Translations under genes and position numbers: made by a program
The notes under the pieces: model-generated
Told to the model about the DNA's origin: nothing
The model's input: the letters and a program-made list of their open reading frames with translations, nothing else
The model's database searches: none
Shown: positions 18,553 through 27,460 of the stretch, piece after piece
Position numbering within the stretch: the stretch's first letter is position 1
How the letters are laid out: every line of letters starts with the position of its first letter
DNA from: Thermoplasmata archaeon
GTDB taxonomy: Archaea > Thermoplasmatota > Thermoplasmata > Lutacidiplasmatales > UBA184
DNA: 64,000 nt
NCBI GenBank assembly: GCA_021817245.1
Contig: JAKAVQ010000002.1
Span: 14,721-78,720, forward strand
Direction of reading: 5' to 3'

Positions 18553-19035
18553 GTGAGCACCGGGCGATTCGCCGCGGTCCTGTCGCTGGCGCGGCAGGGG
18601 TTCTCGGTCGGGGTCGAGTTCGGGGCGCACTCGCTCGAGGCGCTCGTCGGGATCGCGGAGACCGTCGAGGAGTCGGTCTACGAGGCGGGGTCGCTCGCGG
18701 GAACGGCCACCGGGATCTCGTTTGCCCTCGCCAACCCACCGCTGCGCACCGGCGCGTTCGGCGAGGTGCGCCTGCGGATCGACGGGGCGCCAGTGCCCTC
18801 CGACGCCCTCAGGGCGCGCACGGCGACGGCTCCCGACTGGCGGACCGCGTCGACCGTCTCCGCTCGGGCCCCGCTCGAGCTGGCCGCGGGGGTCCGGACC
18901 GAGTTCGCCGTGGACGGTGACTGGGGCCCGAGCGACGGCGAACTCACCGTCCGCCTCGAACTCACGTCGATCGCGATCCCTCCGCTCGTCTGGTTCGAGT
19001 TCCGGGACCGGGTGCGTTCGGGAGGGCCGGGGTGA
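18553..19035 (+). CDS. hypothetical protein (start uncertain), translationally coupled to the GDE-type gene
   Basis: In-frame GTG 18553. …GFSVGVEFGAHSLEALVGIAETVEESVYEAGSLAGTATGISFALANPPLRTGAFGEVRLRIDGAPVP…; non-repetitive composition. Stop overlaps next gene as GTGA. Confidence 0.35.
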   Translation: MSTGRFAAVLSLARQGFSVGVEFGAHSLEALVGIAETVEESVYEAGSLAGTATGISFALANPPLRTGAFGEVRLRIDGAPVPSDALRARTATAPDWRTASTVSARAPLELAAGVRTEFAVDGDWGPSDGELTVRLELTSIAIPPLVWFEFRDRVRSGGPG

Positions 19036-21239
19036 CGGCGGGGCCTGCCGGCCCGGCCCGCTACGGGCCTCCGCCGGTCCTCCTTACGACCCTATCGTCC
19101 GCGGCGCTCCTCGACGGCCGGGGCGACCTCGAGCTCGCCCGGGAGGCGCGCGGCGCGCCCGGTGAATGGGGCGGGGTGTACGGCCAGCTCGTGCGCCTGA
19201 CGGGGCCGTGGCGGCTCTCGCTCGTCGTGGACGGGTCCTCCCGGAGCCTCCCCGAGACGCTCGTCGAAGCGGGCGGCGGGTCGGACCGCTGGCAGACCCG
19301 CCACCGCTGGGGCCGCCTCGAGGTCGCGGAGACCGTGGTCGCCACGGAGGAACCTCCGGGGGCGGTCCGTCGTCTCCGGTGTTCCCTGACCGACGGTCCG
19401 GCCCTCACGCTCACCCTGCGCAGCCGGTTCGTGCCGTTCCTGTTGCCCGTCCTCGTCGAGGGGATCCGACCCGCCCGCTACCGGGCGGACGCGCGACCCG
19501 GCGAGCTGCGGGTCCGCCAGCGCGGCTACGGCCTTTCGTTCCGGTCGAGCGTGGCCCCCTCGCGCCTCTACGCGAACGGGGTCGCCTGGGTCGGGAACTC
19601 CCGGGAGGGTCCGGTCGAGGAGTTCGCATCGGACCACGAAGTCGTTCTGACCCCCGAAGCACCGGTCGAGGTCACGTTCCTCATATCGGGAGGGCTCGAG
19701 CGCTCGATCCCCGACACGGCGTCGTCCGAGCTCGCGACCGGCGACCCGATCGAGGTCGCCGACCGGGCCGAGCGCGCTCGGGTCGCGTGGGAGGCCCGCA
19801 CGCCGATCGTCCGGTTCCCCGGGGCGCCCGAGCTCGAACGCGCGTACGCGCTCGCCCGTTCGGCGCTCCGTCGCCTGTACTCGGCGCCCGGCGACGGCCT
19901 CGTCGGCCTGGTCGCTGGGTACCCTTGGTATGCGGCGATCTGGTGCCGGGACCTTGCCTGGATGCTGCCGGCGGTCCTCTGGCTCGGCGACTTCGACTGG
20001 GCCGAGCGATCGATCGACTCGGTCTTCCGATTCCAGGCGCGGTCGGAGCTGCCGCTCCTGGGCGGGGAGCCCGGGGAGCTTCCGATGCAGATCGCCCCGG
20101 GGCCGCTCTTCCTCTACGGCACCTCCGACACGACCCTCTACTACCCCGAGCTCGTTCTCCGCCTCGCCCGCCACGCGGGCCGCGCCTCCGTGCCGGGGCA
20201 GTGGCGAGACGCGCTCGCCCGGATCGCGGGGTGGGGCCGCGCGCGGGCCGACGCCGAGACGGGCCTTCTGAGGAACGGCGGCGAGGCGGAGACGATGGAG
20301 ATCGCGGCCGGACCGGTGGCGCGGATCCGCTACGGCATCGACGCGCCGGACACGACGATCTGGGATTCGACCGATCGAAGGGACCACGCGATCGACGTTC
20401 AGGTCCTCTGGTGGGGAGCGCTCCGGGCGACGGCCGAGCTCCTCGAGGGCCGCCCCGGCCCGCCGGACCCGGCCGGCCTCCGGGCGCTCGCCGAGCAGGT
20501 CGCCGGCTCCGTCACGAGCCGCTACGCCTGGCCGCAGGAAGGGTACCTCTACGACTCGCTCCGGGCGGGCGCTCCGGTCGCCCAGCTGCGACCGAACGCC
20601 CTGCGGGCGGTCAGCGCGGGGCTCCTCGCGCCCGAGACGGCGCGGTCGGTCGTCCGACGGGCCGCGCGCGACGACCTGACGACCCCGTGGGGGGTGCGGA
20701 CGCTCTCGAGCGCGGACCCGTCGTTCGACCCGGGCACCTACCACGACGGGCAGGTCTGGCCGATCGCGACCGCGTGGGCCGCCGACGCGGCGCTCGCGGC
20801 GGGAGAACGTGAGCTCGGGCTCGCCTACCTCACGTCGATCGCGCGCCAGCTCGCGGCGCAGGCTCCGCACGCGAACGAGTGCTTCCGAGGCGACCGCGAG
20901 GAACCGTTCGACTCGTGCTTCGTGCTCGGGTTCAGCGTCGCCCCGTTCCTCACGATCCTCTTCGAACGTCTCTGGGGGCTGGAGGTCGACGGGAGGGGGC
21001 CCCGCCTCGCGGTTCGGCCCGCGTTCCCGGAATCTCTCCCCCGGGCCTCGATCGACGGGCTGCGGGTCGGGACGGGCAGCGCCCGGCTTCGCTACCGCTC
21101 GGGCCGGCTGTCGGTCGATTGGTCGGGCGGTGCGCCGCTCCGCCTCGAGACCGCGGGAGGGACCACGTGGGTCGGCCCGGGGGAGAGCGCCGAGGTGGAC
21201 GTTGCCGCGGGCGGGAGCGCTGCCCCGCCCCACCCCTAG
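19032..21239 (+). CDS. archaeal-type glycogen debranching enzyme (GDE_C / amylo-alpha-1,6-glucosidase family)
   Basis: YPWYAAIWCRDLAWMLPAVLWLGD, …HDGQVWPIATAW… (alpha/alpha)6-barrel GDE_C signatures. N-terminal beta-sandwich domain. GGAGGG RBS then GTG. Confidence 0.7.
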   Translation: MTAGPAGPARYGPPPVLLTTLSSAALLDGRGDLELAREARGAPGEWGGVYGQLVRLTGPWRLSLVVDGSSRSLPETLVEAGGGSDRWQTRHRWGRLEVAETVVATEEPPGAVRRLRCSLTDGPALTLTLRSRFVPFLLPVLVEGIRPARYRADARPGELRVRQRGYGLSFRSSVAPSRLYANGVAWVGNSREGPVEEFASDHEVVLTPEAPVEVTFLISGGLERSIPDTASSELATGDPIEVADRAERARVAWEARTPIVRFPGAPELERAYALARSALRRLYSAPGDGLVGLVAGYPWYAAIWCRDLAWMLPAVLWLGDFDWAERSIDSVFRFQARSELPLLGGEPGELPMQIAPGPLFLYGTSDTTLYYPELVLRLARHAGRASVPGQWRDALARIAGWGRARADAETGLLRNGGEAETMEIAAGPVARIRYGIDAPDTTIWDSTDRRDHAIDVQVLWWGALRATAELLEGRPGPPDPAGLRALAEQVAGSVTSRYAWPQEGYLYDSLRAGAPVAQLRPNALRAVSAGLLAPETARSVVRRAARDDLTTPWGVRTLSSADPSFDPGTYHDGQVWPIATAWAADAALAAGERELGLAYLTSIARQLAAQAPHANECFRGDREEPFDSCFVLGFSVAPFLTILFERLWGLEVDGRGPRLAVRPAFPESLPRASIDGLRVGTGSARLRYRSGRLSVDWSGGAPLRLETAGGTTWVGPGESAEVDVAAGGSAAPPHP

Positions 21240-21270
21240 CTTTCATTACCCGCGGGCTTTGAGGAGGACG

Positions 21271-22203
21271 ATGCCCGCCGCGATCGAGGTCCGGGGACTT
21301 GTGAAGCGGTACGGCCCGCTCGCCGCGGTCGACGGGATCGACTTCGACGTGCCGACGGGAACGGTCTTCGCGTTCCTCGGCCCGAACGGCGCCGGAAAGA
21401 CGACGACCACCGAGATCCTCGAGGGCCTGCGGCGCCGGACCGAGGGGTCGGTCCGGGTCCTGGAGCTCGACCCGTGGTCGGACGGCGCCGCGCTCCACCG
21501 TCGGATCGGCGTGATCCCCCAGGACTTCCGGTTCTTCGAGAAGATCACCCCCAAGGAGGCGATCGAGTACTACCGGGCGCTCTTCGGCACGGACGTCGAC
21601 CCGGGGAAGCTCCTCGCCCAGGTCGAGCTCCTCGACAAGATCGCGGCCCGGTTCGACACCCTCTCCGGGGGCCAGAAGCAGAAGCTCGGGCTCGCCCTCG
21701 CGCTCACGAACGACCCCGAGATCTGCTTCCTCGACGAGCCGACGACCGGCCTCGACCCGCACGCCCGCCGCGCGATCTGGGCGGTGATCCGCACCTTGAA
21801 GCGCGAGGGCCGCACGGTGTTCCTGACCACGCACTACCTCGAGGAGGCGGAGATCCTCGCCGACCGCGTCGCGATCATCCACCACGGCCGCATCATCGCC
21901 GCCGGAACCCCGAACGAGATCATCCGCGCCCACGGCCGCCCCGCGCGCCTGCGCGTCGAGGGGTCGCCGGAGCTCGCCGCGTACCTCCGCACGACCCTCG
22001 GCCTCTCCGCGTTCGCGGAGGGGGGTCGGATCGACGTCGAGCTCGGGAGCGCCCGGGACGCGCTCCGGGTCCTCAACGCCGTCGAGTCGAGCGGACTTCC
22101 GTGGAGCGCGTTCGAGACGACGCAGGACACGCTCGAGGACGTCTTCGTCCGGCTCGTCGGGCAGATGGACGACGGAGCGCTCAAGTCGGAGGCCCCGACG
22201 TGA
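21271..22203 (+). CDS. ABC transporter ATP-binding protein (ABC-2/DrrA-like)
   Basis: GAGGAGG RBS + ATG. Walker A GPNGAGKTT, signature LSGGQKQKL, Walker B ICFLDEPTTGLD. Confidence 0.9.
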   Translation: MPAAIEVRGLVKRYGPLAAVDGIDFDVPTGTVFAFLGPNGAGKTTTTEILEGLRRRTEGSVRVLELDPWSDGAALHRRIGVIPQDFRFFEKITPKEAIEYYRALFGTDVDPGKLLAQVELLDKIAARFDTLSGGQKQKLGLALALTNDPEICFLDEPTTGLDPHARRAIWAVIRTLKREGRTVFLTTHYLEEAEILADRVAIIHHGRIIAAGTPNEIIRAHGRPARLRVEGSPELAAYLRTTLGLSAFAEGGRIDVELGSARDALRVLNAVESSGLPWSAFETTQDTLEDVFVRLVGQMDDGALKSEAPT

Positions 22204-23330
22204 ACGGTCGTCGTATCGGCGCCGACTTCCGGGTCGTCGCCCGGTCGTACTTCCGCAATCCGATCGCGTTGTTCTTCTCGCTGATCTTCCCGATCATCCT
22301 GATCGGGCTCTTCGGCCTCATCTTCTCCAACGTCGGGGGCGGGACCGTCACGCTCCCGGTCGTCAACGCCGACCCCGGGTGCCCGTTCGACCCCCTGACG
22401 CACAACACGACCACGTACTGCCAGGAATTCCTCGCCGCCCTCAACGGCACGCACGTCGTGAAGGTCGACGTCGTCTCGATGCCGGTCGCGACGTTCGCGT
22501 CGTGGCTCGGCCAGAAGGATTACACGGTCGGCCTCGTGATCCCGCCCGGGTTCGGCGAGAACTACTCGCAGCGTCTGCCCGCGAACGTCACGGTCTACTC
22601 GAACCCCCAGGACGCCGCGACGTCCGGCACCGTCTTCGGCGCCGTCCAGGGTGTCGTCAACGGCTTCAACCTGCGCGCGGCCGGGGGGACCCCCTTCCTC
22701 GGGTTCCGGACCTCGAACATCGGCAGCCCGGTCTACACCTACATCGACTACCTGATCCCGGGGCTGATCGGCTTCTCGATCCTGACGAGCCCGATGTTCT
22801 CGATGGTCGACGTCACGTCGTCGTACCGCAAGGAGGGGATCTTCCGCCAGCTGTCGCTCACCCCGCTGACCCGCTCGGAGTGGCTGATCTCGCGGGTCCT
22901 GTGGTACGTCGCGCTCACGTTCGTCACCGCCGCGATCATGCTCGGCGCGGGCATCGGGCTCTTCGGGGCGCACGTGACGTTCACCTTCGGCCTCGTCCCC
23001 TTCCTCGTCGTCGGGTCGTTCTTCTTCGTGTCGCTCGGGATGCTCGCGGGCTCGATCGCGAAGACGCCCGAGAGCGCCGCGCTGATCGGGAACATCATCA
23101 CGTTCCCGATGATGTTCCTCTCGGGGACGTTCTTCCAGGTCTCGAGCATGCCGCCGGGGCTCCAGGCGTTCGCCCACCTCCTCCCGCTCTACTACGTGAT
23201 CGACGGCATGAACCAGGTGCTTTTGTTCTCGAACACGACGCAGGCGCTCTACGACCTAGCGATCGTCCTCGTCGGTTCGCTGATCGTCTTCGCGCTCGCC
23301 GTCCGCTTCTTCCGGTGGCGGGACGAATGA
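22200..23330 (+). CDS. ABC-2 family transporter permease
   Basis: GTGA overlap with ATPase stop. 6 predicted TM helices, large first extracytoplasmic loop, ABC-2 membrane domain. Confidence 0.85.
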   Translation: MNGRRIGADFRVVARSYFRNPIALFFSLIFPIILIGLFGLIFSNVGGGTVTLPVVNADPGCPFDPLTHNTTTYCQEFLAALNGTHVVKVDVVSMPVATFASWLGQKDYTVGLVIPPGFGENYSQRLPANVTVYSNPQDAATSGTVFGAVQGVVNGFNLRAAGGTPFLGFRTSNIGSPVYTYIDYLIPGLIGFSILTSPMFSMVDVTSSYRKEGIFRQLSLTPLTRSEWLISRVLWYVALTFVTAAIMLGAGIGLFGAHVTFTFGLVPFLVVGSFFFVSLGMLAGSIAKTPESAALIGNIITFPMMFLSGTFFQVSSMPPGLQAFAHLLPLYYVIDGMNQVLLFSNTTQALYDLAIVLVGSLIVFALAVRFFRWRDE

Positions 23331-23923
23331 CCGCGTCGGCCCCCGACGCTTCGGGCGACAGCCTCCGGTTCCGTCGCCTGATGGGCCGGTGGGCGACCGG
23401 GGTCTCGGTCGTGACCGCCCGCGACGGCCCGACGGACGCGGGCCTCACGGTGAACGCCCTGCTCTCCGTCTCGACCCACCCGCCCGCGCTGCTCGTGAGC
23501 CTCATGCACGATGTCGACACCCTGCCCGTCCTCCGGCGCGCGGGGGCGTTCGCCGCGAGCTTCCTCGCGCACGACCAGCGCGCGCTCAGCGAGCGGTTCG
23601 CCGCCACCGTCCCGCCCGCCGAGAAGTTCCGCGGGCTCGCGCTCCACCGGGGCGCGACGGGCGCCCCCCTGCTCGACGGGACGCTCGGCGCTCTCGAGTG
23701 CCGCGTCCGGTCGGTCTCGCCCGCCTTCGACCACGACCTGGTCCTCGGGGAGGTCGTCCGTCAGGAGGTCGGCCGCGACGTCCTCCCGCTCCTCTTCTAC
23801 CGCTCGGGATACGCGGAGGCGGACGGGCCGGACCGGCTCCGGCTCCCTCGGGCGGCTCCCGGACGGAAAGGTAACCTCGGGCGCGGGGGATTTAAGCCTC
23901 CCCGAACTCGTTCGAGCCGATGA
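23327..23923 (+). CDS. flavin reductase (NAD(P)H:FMN oxidoreductase, split-barrel, HpaC-like)
   Basis: ATGA overlap with permease. …FRRLMGRWATGVSVVTA…GLTVNALLSVS…P…LL…; flavin_reduct domain. C-terminal 30 aa basic tail runs over a TTTAAG TATA-like element. Confidence 0.8.
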   Translation: MTASAPDASGDSLRFRRLMGRWATGVSVVTARDGPTDAGLTVNALLSVSTHPPALLVSLMHDVDTLPVLRRAGAFAASFLAHDQRALSERFAATVPPAEKFRGLALHRGATGAPLLDGTLGALECRVRSVSPAFDHDLVLGEVVRQEVGRDVLPLLFYRSGYAEADGPDRLRLPRAAPGRKGNLGRGGFKPPRTRSSR

Positions 23924-24885
23924 CCGCGGCCGAACGTTCGACGCGCGTTGCGATCCTCGGGAGCGGAGCCGCCGGCCTCACCGCATCCCTCTACGCGGCC
24001 CGGGCCGAGCTCGCCCCGCTCGTGATCTCGGGCGTCCCGGCCGGCGGCCAGCTGATCATCACGACCGAGGTCGAGAACTTTCCGGGGTTCCCCGAGGGGA
24101 TCCAGGGCCCGGAGCTGATCGACCGGATGCGGCGGCAGGCCGCCCGGTTCGGCACGGAGTTCGTCGACGACAACGTCACGGGGGTCGACTTCGGCCGCCG
24201 GCCGTTCCTCCTGCGCACGGGGAGCTCGGGAACCGTCCTCGCCGACGCGGTGATCGTCGCGACCGGCGCGAACGCCCGGTGGCTCGGCCTCCCGTCCGAA
24301 CAGCGCCTCCAGGGCCACGGCGTCTCGGCGTGCGCGACGTGCGACGGGTTCTTCTTCAAGGGCCGCGAGCTCGCGGTCGTCGGCGGCGGCGACACGGCGA
24401 TGGAGGAGGCGCTCTTCCTCACGAACTTCGCGACGCACGTGACGGTCGTCCACCGCCGGGACCACCTTCGCGCGAGCTCGATCATGCAGGAACGAGCGCG
24501 CGCCCACCCGAAGATCTCCCTCCTCCTCGACTCGGAGGTCGTCGAGGTCCTCGGTTCCGAGCGCGTCGAGGGCCTGCGCGTGCGCCATCGGCCGAGCGGC
24601 GACGTGCGCACGCTGCCGGTGGGGGGGCTCTTCGTCGCGATCGGCCACGTCCCGTCGACCGAGGTCCTGCGCGGCCACCTCGACCTCGACCCGGAAGGCT
24701 ACGTCAAGGTCCGCGACCACACGCGCACGAGCGTCGAGGGGGTCTTCGCCGCCGGCGACGTCCAGGACCGCCACTACCGTCAGGCGGTCACCGCGGCGGG
24801 GTCGGGCTGCATGGCGGCGATCGACGCGGAGCGGTGGCTCGCGGAGCACCCGCCCGCGCGGGCCGTCGCGCGCGCGGCCCACTGA
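23920..24885 (+). CDS. trxB: thioredoxin-disulfide reductase
   Basis: GSGAAG FAD site, redox CATC, GGGDTA NAD(P)H site. ATGA overlap with flavin reductase. Confidence 0.9.
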   Translation: MTAAERSTRVAILGSGAAGLTASLYAARAELAPLVISGVPAGGQLIITTEVENFPGFPEGIQGPELIDRMRRQAARFGTEFVDDNVTGVDFGRRPFLLRTGSSGTVLADAVIVATGANARWLGLPSEQRLQGHGVSACATCDGFFFKGRELAVVGGGDTAMEEALFLTNFATHVTVVHRRDHLRASSIMQERARAHPKISLLLDSEVVEVLGSERVEGLRVRHRPSGDVRTLPVGGLFVAIGHVPSTEVLRGHLDLDPEGYVKVRDHTRTSVEGVFAAGDVQDRHYRQAVTAAGSGCMAAIDAERWLAEHPPARAVARAAH

Positions 24886-24973
24886 CGCGACCCGCGGGCC
24901 GAGACCGACGCCAGGCCGCACGGAGGTTCGTCGCTCCGCGCGCTACGTACGACCCCGCTCCCGCTCCGGGGCA

Positions 24974-25017
24974 GGCTTTAAGTGCGTCCCCGACCGGTGC
25001 GGGCCGAGGGACGCCGC
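24974..25017 (+). promoter_or_regulatory. TATA-like promoter for the ferredoxin-GGR pair
   Basis: ggcTTTAAGtgcg at 24974-24982; GTG start 25018 lies ~36 nt downstream, giving a short or leaderless 5' UTR. Confidence 0.4.
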
Positions 25018-25209
25018 GTGCCGAGCAAGAAGAGCCTCCACATCGAGTCCTCCGGGCAGCTGTGCATCTACTGCGGCGCCTGCGTCGGGATCTGCCCCCT
25101 CAACTGCATCTACCTCGACGAGACCCGGATCACGTTCGACGAGAAGGTCTGCACGCGGTGCGAGATCTGCGTGAAGGCCTGCCCCGTCGGGGCGATCGAG
25201 ATCGGGTGA
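25018..25209 (+). CDS. 4Fe-4S dicluster ferredoxin (GGR partner)
   Basis: CIYCGACVGICP and CTRCEICVKACP motifs. 63 aa from GTG. Confidence 0.8.
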   Translation: MPSKKSLHIESSGQLCIYCGACVGICPLNCIYLDETRITFDEKVCTRCEICVKACPVGAIEIG

Positions 25210-25237
25210 CCTCGCGGGGGGAACGGAGCGATCCATC

Positions 25238-26425
25238 ATGTCCGACCGAACGACCGACGTGCTCGTGATCGGCGCCGGCCCCGCGGGGAGCATGACCGCG
25301 AAGTGGGCGGCGAAGCACGGGGCGAACGTTTTGATGATCGAGAAGCGCCAGGAGATCGGCAGCCCCGTGCGCTGCGGCGAGGGGATGAGCAAGGACTGGC
25401 TCGCGGAGGTCGGCGTCGCGCCCGGCCGCTGGGTCAACCTCGAGGTCGAGGGCGCCCGGATCTACTCGCCGAGCGAGAAGGTCTTCGAGATCAACGAAAA
25501 GCACGCGGGCAACGAGGTCGGCTACGTCGTCGAGCGCGACGCGTTCGACAAGCAGCTCGCGATCGACGCGGCCAACGCGGGCGTCGAGGTGAAGCTCAAG
25601 ACCGCGGCGGTCGGCGTCCTCAAGGAGAACGGCCGGGTCGTCGGCGCGAAGGTGAAGGAGTTCGGGGAGACCTACGAGATCCGCGCGCCGATCACGGTCG
25701 CGGCGGACGGGTTCGAGAGCCAGGTCGGCCGATGGGCCGGGATCCCGACGAACCTCGCGGTGCGCGACATGGACACGTGCCTGCAGTACCGGATGACGAA
25801 CGTCGACTGCGACGTCCGCTACTGCGACTTCTACCTCGGCAAGGTCGCGCCCGGCGGCTACGTCTGGATCTTCCCGAAGGCGGAGGGCCTCGCGAACGTC
25901 GGGATCGGGGTCCAGGTGAGCCAGGTGAAGTCCCCCGCCGACGCGCGGACGTACCTCGACCGCTGGATCGAGGCGCACCCGGGCTACGCGAAGGGCAAGA
26001 AGATCGACATGGTCGGGGGCGGGGTCTCGATCTCGCCGCCGCTCAAGCAGACGGTCGCGGACGGGATCATGCTCGTCGGCGACGCCGCGCGGATGATCGA
26101 CCCGCTCACCGGCGGGGGGATCGCGAACGGCTGCATCGCGGGGAAGATCTGCGGCGAGGTCGCGGCCGAGGCGGTGCGCTCGCACGACGTCTCGAGGGAG
26201 TTCCTCCAGCGGTACGAGAAGGGATGGCGCGCCCGCCTCGAGGAGAAGCTCTACCGCAACTGGCTCGCCAAGGAGAAGCTCACGACCCTGAGCGACGAGA
26301 CGTTCGACAAGGTCGTGGACGCGATCTCGGGCGTGCGCCTCGGCAAGCTCAACGTCCACAACATCCTGAAAGCGGTCCACGAGAAGTACCCCGAGGTCAC
26401 GCGGGAGTTCGAGGCGCTCCTCTAG
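25238..26425 (+). CDS. digeranylgeranylglycerophospholipid reductase (geranylgeranyl reductase, FAD-dependent)
   Basis: VLVIGAGPAGS FAD site, …RCGEG…, …GDAARMIDPLTGGGI… Archaeal lipid saturation enzyme. Confidence 0.9.
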   Translation: MSDRTTDVLVIGAGPAGSMTAKWAAKHGANVLMIEKRQEIGSPVRCGEGMSKDWLAEVGVAPGRWVNLEVEGARIYSPSEKVFEINEKHAGNEVGYVVERDAFDKQLAIDAANAGVEVKLKTAAVGVLKENGRVVGAKVKEFGETYEIRAPITVAADGFESQVGRWAGIPTNLAVRDMDTCLQYRMTNVDCDVRYCDFYLGKVAPGGYVWIFPKAEGLANVGIGVQVSQVKSPADARTYLDRWIEAHPGYAKGKKIDMVGGGVSISPPLKQTVADGIMLVGDAARMIDPLTGGGIANGCIAGKICGEVAAEAVRSHDVSREFLQRYEKGWRARLEEKLYRNWLAKEKLTTLSDETFDKVVDAISGVRLGKLNVHNILKAVHEKYPEVTREFEALL

Positions 26426-26450
26426 GGCGCCCTCGAGCGACGGAGCGACG

Positions 26451-27092
26451 ATGCCGGGCGCCCCGAACCGACCCCCCGACGTCGCGGAGGCGACCCCCTC
26501 GCCCGGCCCGGCCCCCGAGAGCCCCCACGACAAGGCGCTCCGCCGACTCGCGCCGAGCCGGATCGCGCTGCGGCTCGACCTCTGGAAGGGCGCTCCCCCG
26601 CCCGACCTCCTCGTCCCGTTCGAGAAGGCCGAGGCGACGTTCGCGCTCGGCGACTACGCGGGCGCCGCGAACGCGCTCGACCTTCTGAGCGTCCGATTCG
26701 CCGAACCGCGCTGGCCGACGCTCCCCGAGCCGTTCCGGCAGCTGCGGGTGTCGATACCGGCGCCGATGCCCCCCTCGTGGGACCCGGAGCACGCGATGGA
26801 CCCGGCGGAGCGGGCGGCGCGACGGGCGCGCCGGGCGGCCGACGAGCAGGTCGATCTCGCCCGGGCGAGCGTCGCGTGGGCCGCCGCCGCACGCCTCGAG
26901 ACCGGCGACCTCGCCGTCCTCCTCGACGAGGCGGTGGCCGTCCTCGCCTCCGACGGGGTGTCGGGTCCGTTCTACGAGCGGATCGACCGGATCTGGACCG
27001 CGCTCCGCGAGCGGGTGCCGCCACCGAGATCCGCCCCGGGACCCCGGCCGGCGTCGCCCGCGACCGCCGTCGTGGAGCCCGAGGACGCCTGA
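26451..27092 (+). CDS. hypothetical protein
   Basis: 213-aa ORF, non-repetitive and helical-looking (…FALGDYAGAANALDLL…DLAVLLDEAVAVLAS…). No recognised motif. Confidence 0.45.
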   Translation: MPGAPNRPPDVAEATPSPGPAPESPHDKALRRLAPSRIALRLDLWKGAPPPDLLVPFEKAEATFALGDYAGAANALDLLSVRFAEPRWPTLPEPFRQLRVSIPAPMPPSWDPEHAMDPAERAARRARRAADEQVDLARASVAWAAAARLETGDLAVLLDEAVAVLASDGVSGPFYERIDRIWTALRERVPPPRSAPGPRPASPATAVVEPEDA

Positions 27093-27098
27093 CCGGCC

Positions 27099-27434
27099 GT
27101 GACGGCCCCAGAGACCCGGCCGAAGCGGGTCGCCCGCGGGGAAGGCGAGGTGACGCAGTGGCCGAGGGGGCTCGTCGACTACGCGCCGACCACTCCCGAA
27201 GAGAGCCCGTCCGAGGAGGAGGACCGCACCCGACAGCGCCTTCACCTCGCGGCCCGGCTCATCGGCCTCCTGCGCGCGAGCGGCGAGAGCGCGGACGACG
27301 AGCTGCGCGCGCTCGTCGAAGCCGAGCGGGCGTACCGGGGCGGCGACGCCGAGCGCGCGCGGCAACTCGTGGACGCCGTCCTCGGCCGGCTCGACACCCG
27401 GACGGCCCGGCGGTCGCCCCGGCCGACACCTTAA
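27099..27434 (+). CDS. hypothetical protein
   Basis: 111-aa ORF with acidic linker and helical C-terminus (…LRALVEAERAYRGGDAERARQLVDAVLGRL…). Weakly resembles the C-terminal third of the upstream hypothetical. Confidence 0.4.
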   Translation: MTAPETRPKRVARGEGEVTQWPRGLVDYAPTTPEESPSEEEDRTRQRLHLAARLIGLLRASGESADDELRALVEAERAYRGGDAERARQLVDAVLGRLDTRTARRSPRPTP

Positions 27435-27460
27435 GGGGCGACGGAGGGTCCGGGCCACCG

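Noticed and set aside
23800-23923. Separate small gene in the 3' tail of the flavin reductase ORF
   Set aside because: The basic tail (…PRAAPGRKGNLGRGGFKPPRTRSSR) is in the same frame with no intervening stop and overlaps a TTTAAG box. It is more simply read-through of the flavin reductase over the trxB promoter than an independent ORF.
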